Shown here one piece after another: positions 6,980 to 10,992 of a stretch of 10,992 bases of DNA. The position numbers were made by a program, and so were the translations under genes. The notes beneath the pieces were generated by a model. That model was not told where the DNA came from and did not search any database. It saw only the letters and a program-made list of their open reading frames with translations. Every line of letters begins with the position of its first letter. Position 1 is the first letter of the stretch. Origin of the DNA: Candidatus Hodarchaeota archaeon (GTDB lineage Archaea; Asgardarchaeota; Lokiarchaeia; Sigyniarchaeales; SOKP01); the NCBI GenBank assembly GCA_048886685.1, contig JBHLKM010000022.1:1-10992 (forward strand), given 5' to 3'.

Positions 6980-9049
6980 TTAGAATTGAATTTCTGACCA
7001 GAGGGCTGGATGATCTGATTGTGGGTCGGTAATATACCATGCTTCTAACACCGTAAAAGTTAGTGAAATAAATATATGATCAATTCGTTCCGACAAATCA
7101 AAAATAGGGCCATCTACTCCTCCTGACAATTTTGTTAACCAAACGTCTTGTAAAACAGAAACAGATTCATTATAATATGTCGAGTTTTCTCTGCTATTGA
7201 AATCGCCCATAGAAATTACATTAATTTTCCCACTGATACGATTCATTAATGCTTGAATATGAGCTAATTTAGCATCATTGCTCCCAGCGGGGTGACTTAC
7301 ATAAACATTAAAAATTATAGTTCCTACTTTAACCTGGGCTTCAACCGTACCAATTTCGTCTGTATCACTAAATGTAAAAAATGTTTTTGCATTGGAGATT
7401 GGATATCGAGATAGTATCGCTGCCCCAAAAGTTCCAGTAACCGTTCTTGGGCCATAAAAAGAATAATAATTTAATCTATTCGCAAAATAACGCACTACAT
7501 CTGAATTACCGCCGGAAATCCTAGCAGTATCGCATTCTTGTAATCCAATAATATCAGGATCTACTGCTTCTATAAGAGCTAATTGTTTATCATAATTTTT
7601 ATCCCCTGTAGGATTTACTCCTTGTTGAATGTTATATGTCATAACTGTTAGTGAGGTGACGCCAGTCCCTCCTTTTGTTTTAGGACGTAATTCCCATACT
7701 AATACTGAAACACTAGTTCCAATTAGTAAAATCACTAAAAATGAAGCGATTATTCTTTTTTGTACCAAAGTATTAGTTATGGATTTAAATTCTAAGGAAC
7801 GTCTTTTGAACATTGCCTTTCCCATAATCGGGATTGCTATTCCTAATAATAAGAAGGGACACCAGAATAAATTTCTAAAAATTTGACTTATCGGATCTAC
7901 GTAGCCCCAAACATTAGTGAATATCAATATAAATGATACTAGAATGAAAAATAGACTCCCTACTCCGAAACCTCCCCCTAACTTAGATGGACTCGGTCTT
8001 TTCCATATAAGTTCTCGAGATAAGAGTGTAAAGTCGATAAAAATTATAGGTAATAATATTATCATTATTGCTAATGGAAGATAATAATACCAATCAAGCG
8101 GACGGTTGATGACAACGGGATCTGAAGTAGGATTTGTAGGAAATGGAAAAGTATGAATGAAGATTGTTAAGAAAAGTGAAAGTATAAACAAACCATTCCA
8201 AACCCAAAGGATTAGTGGATTCAATTTTCCAAGTACTTCTGGCTTTATTGTTAATATAAAGATACTTAGTGCTGTCATCAGTGCTACAGTGATCGTAATT
8301 GCGATATAATCTGCCTCAGTCCATCTTGATATCACAGTTGGGCTACTAAACACAAAATAACTAAGAGTTAAAATACTGATAAGACCAAGTGATAAAAGTT
8401 TTACTCCCTCGAGAACTGACCATCTGCTAGAACTTTCTTCATTTTGAATCTGATGATTTCCCTCGTCTTGTGTTTCTATTGGCTCTTCGATCCGACTTAC
8501 TTTTAGTCGACCAATTAATGAAAGTATTCCAATTATTCCAACTACCCAACCTATTACTTGGAAAATTTTATAAGTTGAAATATCAACTGTCGAATTTAAT
8601 GTTCTAAAGGTAATTGAAAGTAAAATAGCAAAAGCAAGTCCAGCACCGATTTTTAAACTAATATTTCCCCCATCATCCCTGCTTTGGATTTTTATATGGT
8701 TAGAAAAATATACTGGAAAGAATAGCATGAAACATCCAACACCTAAACCTGAACTTATGATTCTACTTTCAGTGTCTAAAAATGGAGATATTAAACGTGA
8801 AACTATAGTAATTATAGCAGTAGCTTCAAGAAAGTAACTAGGAATCTTGTGTTTAAATCCCAATAAAATAATTGGCGTTATTAAAAACAACACTCCTAAC
8901 GCCTTTTCATTCAACTCTTGATTTAGAAGATTTAACATATATATAGATTCAATTAAATCCCCGATTAACTGGAAAAAGAATAAGAACATCACCGTTAAAA
9001 AAGCGAGTTCAGAGTTGATTTTTTTGTAAAAATTATCTAACGACGTCAT
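6980..9049 (-). CDS. Polytopic membrane protein with C-terminal endonuclease/exonuclease/phosphatase domain, CWH43/PGAP2IP-like
   Basis: About 12-13 hydrophobic segments in aa 1-455, followed by TYNIQQG, DIIGLQE, GAAILSRYPI, MGDFN, RIDHIF and SDHPA EEP motifs. GLQECDTARISGGNSD...YSFYGP...FGAAILSRYPI parallels the CWH43 C-terminal domain as recalled. Confidence 0.85.
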   Translation of the reverse strand: MTSLDNFYKKINSELAFLTVMFLFFFQLIGDLIESIYMLNLLNQELNEKALGVLFLITPIILLGFKHKIPSYFLEATAIITIVSRLISPFLDTESRIISSGLGVGCFMLFFPVYFSNHIKIQSRDDGGNISLKIGAGLAFAILLSITFRTLNSTVDISTYKIFQVIGWVVGIIGILSLIGRLKVSRIEEPIETQDEGNHQIQNEESSSRWSVLEGVKLLSLGLISILTLSYFVFSSPTVISRWTEADYIAITITVALMTALSIFILTIKPEVLGKLNPLILWVWNGLFILSLFLTIFIHTFPFPTNPTSDPVVINRPLDWYYYLPLAIMIILLPIIFIDFTLLSRELIWKRPSPSKLGGGFGVGSLFFILVSFILIFTNVWGYVDPISQIFRNLFWCPFLLLGIAIPIMGKAMFKRRSLEFKSITNTLVQKRIIASFLVILLIGTSVSVLVWELRPKTKGGTGVTSLTVMTYNIQQGVNPTGDKNYDKQLALIEAVDPDIIGLQECDTARISGGNSDVVRYFANRLNYYSFYGPRTVTGTFGAAILSRYPISNAKTFFTFSDTDEIGTVEAQVKVGTIIFNVYVSHPAGSNDAKLAHIQALMNRISGKINVISMGDFNSRENSTYYNESVSVLQDVWLTKLSGGVDGPIFDLSERIDHIFISLTFTVLEAWYITDPQSDHPALWSEIQF

Positions 9050-9054
9050 GATTT

Positions 9055-9129
9055 ATGAATTCAATTTCTGAGTTTATAAAGATTTTCACTTAGAAGTAAA
9101 TTCATTCAATAAAACACCAATCAATAAAA
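9055..9129. promoter_or_regulatory. Divergent promoter: palindromic TATA (TTTATAAA 9073-9080) with minus-strand BRE-like GAAAATC, bracketed by an imperfect inverted repeat
   Basis: The TATA lies 24-31 nt upstream of minus-strand ATG 9049 (leaderless spacing). IR arms are 9055-9073 and 9088-9105. TCAATAAAA is directly repeated at 9106 and 9121. Confidence 0.55.
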
Positions 9130-9161
9130 TCATTAAATAATACAAAATTAAAGATATACAT

Positions 9162-10316
9162 ATGAATAGTTTTGAAAGAATTTGGATTGCATTGAATCTG
9201 GAGGAGCCTGATAGAATTCCAACCCATACAATACATATCGATGGAAACGTTGCAGATAAGATTTTAGGAAGACCAAAGAGAACAGTTTTTGATGTTTTTG
9301 ACGATCTCGAAAAACAATATCCAAATGAGTGGATAAATAAAATAAATAGCATCCTCCTTGATATTGAAATTTCTACTCTAGCCAAAGCTGTTAGAGCAGG
9401 ATATGAATTGGGACTCGATGGTGTTGGAATCCAATATATTCCATTTATCTTCGAAAGCAGAACAGAGATGACAGATATTTTTGGGAAGAGACATAAGGTA
9501 AGAAATATTGAAGGGAATCCTTATCCAGATTATTATGGTGGTTATATCAAAAATCGTGAAGATTGGGAATCATATCCTAAACCTGATTTGAAAGATGAAT
9601 ACGAAAAAGCAAAGAAATTTTATAAAGGAGTCTTAAGAAAATGCCGAGATATTAAGGATAAGATTTGTTTTATTGCTCAAAATGCATTAACTTCAATATT
9701 TCCACCTGTATGGCAAGGAATGGGAATGAATTATTTTGCTCGTGCATTAAAAAATGATCCAAAATTAATTGAAGAAAGATTTCGATTTTGTACTGATTAT
9801 GTATTAACCACTTTTAAAGCATATGCTGACTGTGGAGCTAAAATTTTTCTAGAAGGTGGTGATATCGCACATAAAGGTGGACCTATGATTAATCCGAAAT
9901 ATTTCAATGAATACCTGCTACCATGCTATCAAGAACTATCAAACTCTATACATGAATGGGGTGGTAAATATATTTTACATACTGATGGGGATATAACATC
10001 CCTTTTAGATTTCATCGTAAATTCAGGTTTTGATGGTCTTCAGTGTTTAGAACTGCCATTTGTGGATCCTGTTCTCGTAAAGAAGAAAGTTGGACAAAAA
10101 CTTTGTTTATCGGGTAATATAGATACGAGACATATTCTGGTTGATGCAACTCGAGATGAAGTAACACATGCAGTTAAAAATGCTATAAGAGCATTAGGAC
10201 ATGGAGGTGGCTTCATGTTATCCCCGGCTAATTTTCATCCCGCTATTTCTGTTGAACGATTAAAATGGATGATTGAAGCAGCAAATACCTATGGTAATTA
10301 TCCTTTAAACATATAA
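9162..10316 (+). CDS. Uroporphyrinogen decarboxylase / MtaA-CmuA superfamily (beta/alpha)8 protein, function unknown
   Basis: N-terminal MNSFERI..AL..EEPDRIP, then DIAHKGGPMINP..F.EY..P, ILHTDG, LCLSGNID and GGGFMLSP motifs. Confidence 0.9.
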   Translation: MNSFERIWIALNLEEPDRIPTHTIHIDGNVADKILGRPKRTVFDVFDDLEKQYPNEWINKINSILLDIEISTLAKAVRAGYELGLDGVGIQYIPFIFESRTEMTDIFGKRHKVRNIEGNPYPDYYGGYIKNREDWESYPKPDLKDEYEKAKKFYKGVLRKCRDIKDKICFIAQNALTSIFPPVWQGMGMNYFARALKNDPKLIEERFRFCTDYVLTTFKAYADCGAKIFLEGGDIAHKGGPMINPKYFNEYLLPCYQELSNSIHEWGGKYILHTDGDITSLLDFIVNSGFDGLQCLELPFVDPVLVKKKVGQKLCLSGNIDTRHILVDATRDEVTHAVKNAIRALGHGGGFMLSPANFHPAISVERLKWMIEAANTYGNYPLNI

Positions 10317-10318
10317 AT

Positions 10319-10327
10319 AAAAAAAAA
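10319..10327 (-). terminator. Oligo-T terminator candidate between convergent genes
   Basis: A9 on the + strand (T9 on the - strand) immediately after the tautomerase stop. Confidence 0.55.
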
Positions 10328-10516
10328 TTACCTTCTATCAATAATTAATATTCCTCCAACACCTACATTATTGGCAGAGTTTTCCTTTATTACTACAGTG
10401 AAGACCTCTCTTGGCATTTTATACGCTTTTTGGAGGGCATCAGTAATTTCTTTAACCAAATTTCTCTTAACTTCTATATCTTCAATTGGAGGACCTTCTA
10501 AGGTTGCAGTTGGCAT
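10328..10516 (-). CDS. dmpI: 4-oxalocrotonate tautomerase family protein (archaeal DmpI-like)
   Basis: 62 aa with N-terminal Met-Pro (catalytic Pro1), KR.LVKEITDA and VVIKEN...NVGVGG.LI.D, giving the beta-alpha-beta pattern. Confidence 0.92.
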   Translation of the reverse strand: MPTATLEGPPIEDIEVKRNLVKEITDALQKAYKMPREVFTVVIKENSANNVGVGGILIIDRR

Positions 10517-10700
10517 TCTTCTAACCTTTTTTTCCCAATTAAACTTGATTTATTTCAAGATAATAATAATTAAATGAAAATTAAAAGCGTTATTGATCTC
10601 CAAATAAAGTTAACAGAAATATCTCAAGGGTGTTTGTTGAGATTATATTTTACTATAAAAAATAGATTAAAACAATAATTGAAACCTAAAATTTAGGGAT

Positions 10701-10992
10701 TTAATATTCTTCTTCCTTGAATTCTATCTCCTCTTTTTCTTCTGTAACTTCATCTTTTATCTCTGGTTTTGGTTCTGATTCTGGTTCGTTTTCAGTGCGA
10801 ATTTGATGCAAAGGTTCTGGTTTACGCTCTGGTAAAGTTATATATAAAAATTCTGGTTTATATGCTAGTTCTGGTTCTGGTTCTGGTCCGGATACTGGTT
10901 CTGGTTCTAGCTCCGGCTCCGATTCCAGCTCCGGTCCGTATACCGGTTCTGGTTCTTTTACTGATTGAAATGTAGGTTGAGCTTTTAAAATG
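10701..10992 (-). CDS. 3' end of a gene entering from the right edge: acidic Pro/Glu-rich, probably disordered C-terminal tail (not in ORF track)
   Basis: The minus frame is open from 10991 to the TAA at 10703-10701: ILKAQPTFQSVKEPEPVYGPELESEPELEPEPVSGPEPEPELAYKPEFLYITLPERKPEPLHQIRTENEPESEPKPEIKDEVTEEKEEIEFKEEEY*. Confidence 0.8.
   Translation of the reverse strand, partial: ILKAQPTFQSVKEPEPVYGPELESEPELEPEPVSGPEPEPELAYKPEFLYITLPERKPEPLHQIRTENEPESEPKPEIKDEVTEEKEEIEFKEEEY
10866..10955 (-). repeat. Coding hexamer repeat (GAACCA)n with a higher-order 48/42-nt duplication
   Basis: EPEPVYGPELESEPEL is followed by EPEPVSGPEPEPEL; the + strand shows repeated TTCTGG. Confidence 0.8.

Noticed and set aside
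7629-7886. 85-aa + strand ORF
   Set aside because: Entirely antisense to the well-supported EEP membrane protein, with no motifs.
9086-9385. 99-aa - strand ORF
   Set aside because: Antisense shadow of the URO-D family gene running into its promoter, with no recognisable features.
10371-10577. 68-aa + strand ORF
   Set aside because: Antisense to the clear DmpI tautomerase.
10760-10960. CRISPR array or non-coding tandem repeat
   Set aside because: Units are 6-nt, in-frame and degenerate at third positions, with no repeat-spacer structure.
10769-10975. 68-aa hydrophobic + strand ORF (LVLVLV..APAP)
   Set aside because: The apparent TM character is the reverse complement of GAACCA (Glu-Pro) repeats; the minus-strand frame is the more plausible gene.

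Overview
AT-rich, densely coding window with archaeal-style signals: TATA/BRE-like boxes, an AGGTGA ribosome-binding site and oligo-T tracts after stops. Gene content and style suggest an Asgard archaeon (Lokiarchaeia-like); this is an inference, not shown directly. Genes from left to right: (1) a COG1237-type metallo-beta-lactamase gene broken at ~640 and joined to the 3' end of a sphingosine-1-phosphate-lyase-like gene (deletion scar or misassembly); (2) a 756-aa single-pass membrane protein with a sequon-rich ectodomain and a cytoplasmic longin-like domain; (3) a flavoredoxin-like protein divergent from an atypical SDR; (4) a GDT1/TMEM165 transporter; (5) an overlapping class I SAM methyltransferase + SET-domain gene pair; (6) a polytopic CWH43/PGAP2IP-like EEP hydrolase divergent from a URO-D/MtaA-superfamily protein; (7) a DmpI-type tautomerase; (8) the Pro/Glu-rich C-terminus of a minus-strand gene that the ORF track missed. 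I saw no RNA genes, CRISPR arrays or mobile elements. All family calls come from motif recognition by eye; no database searches were run.
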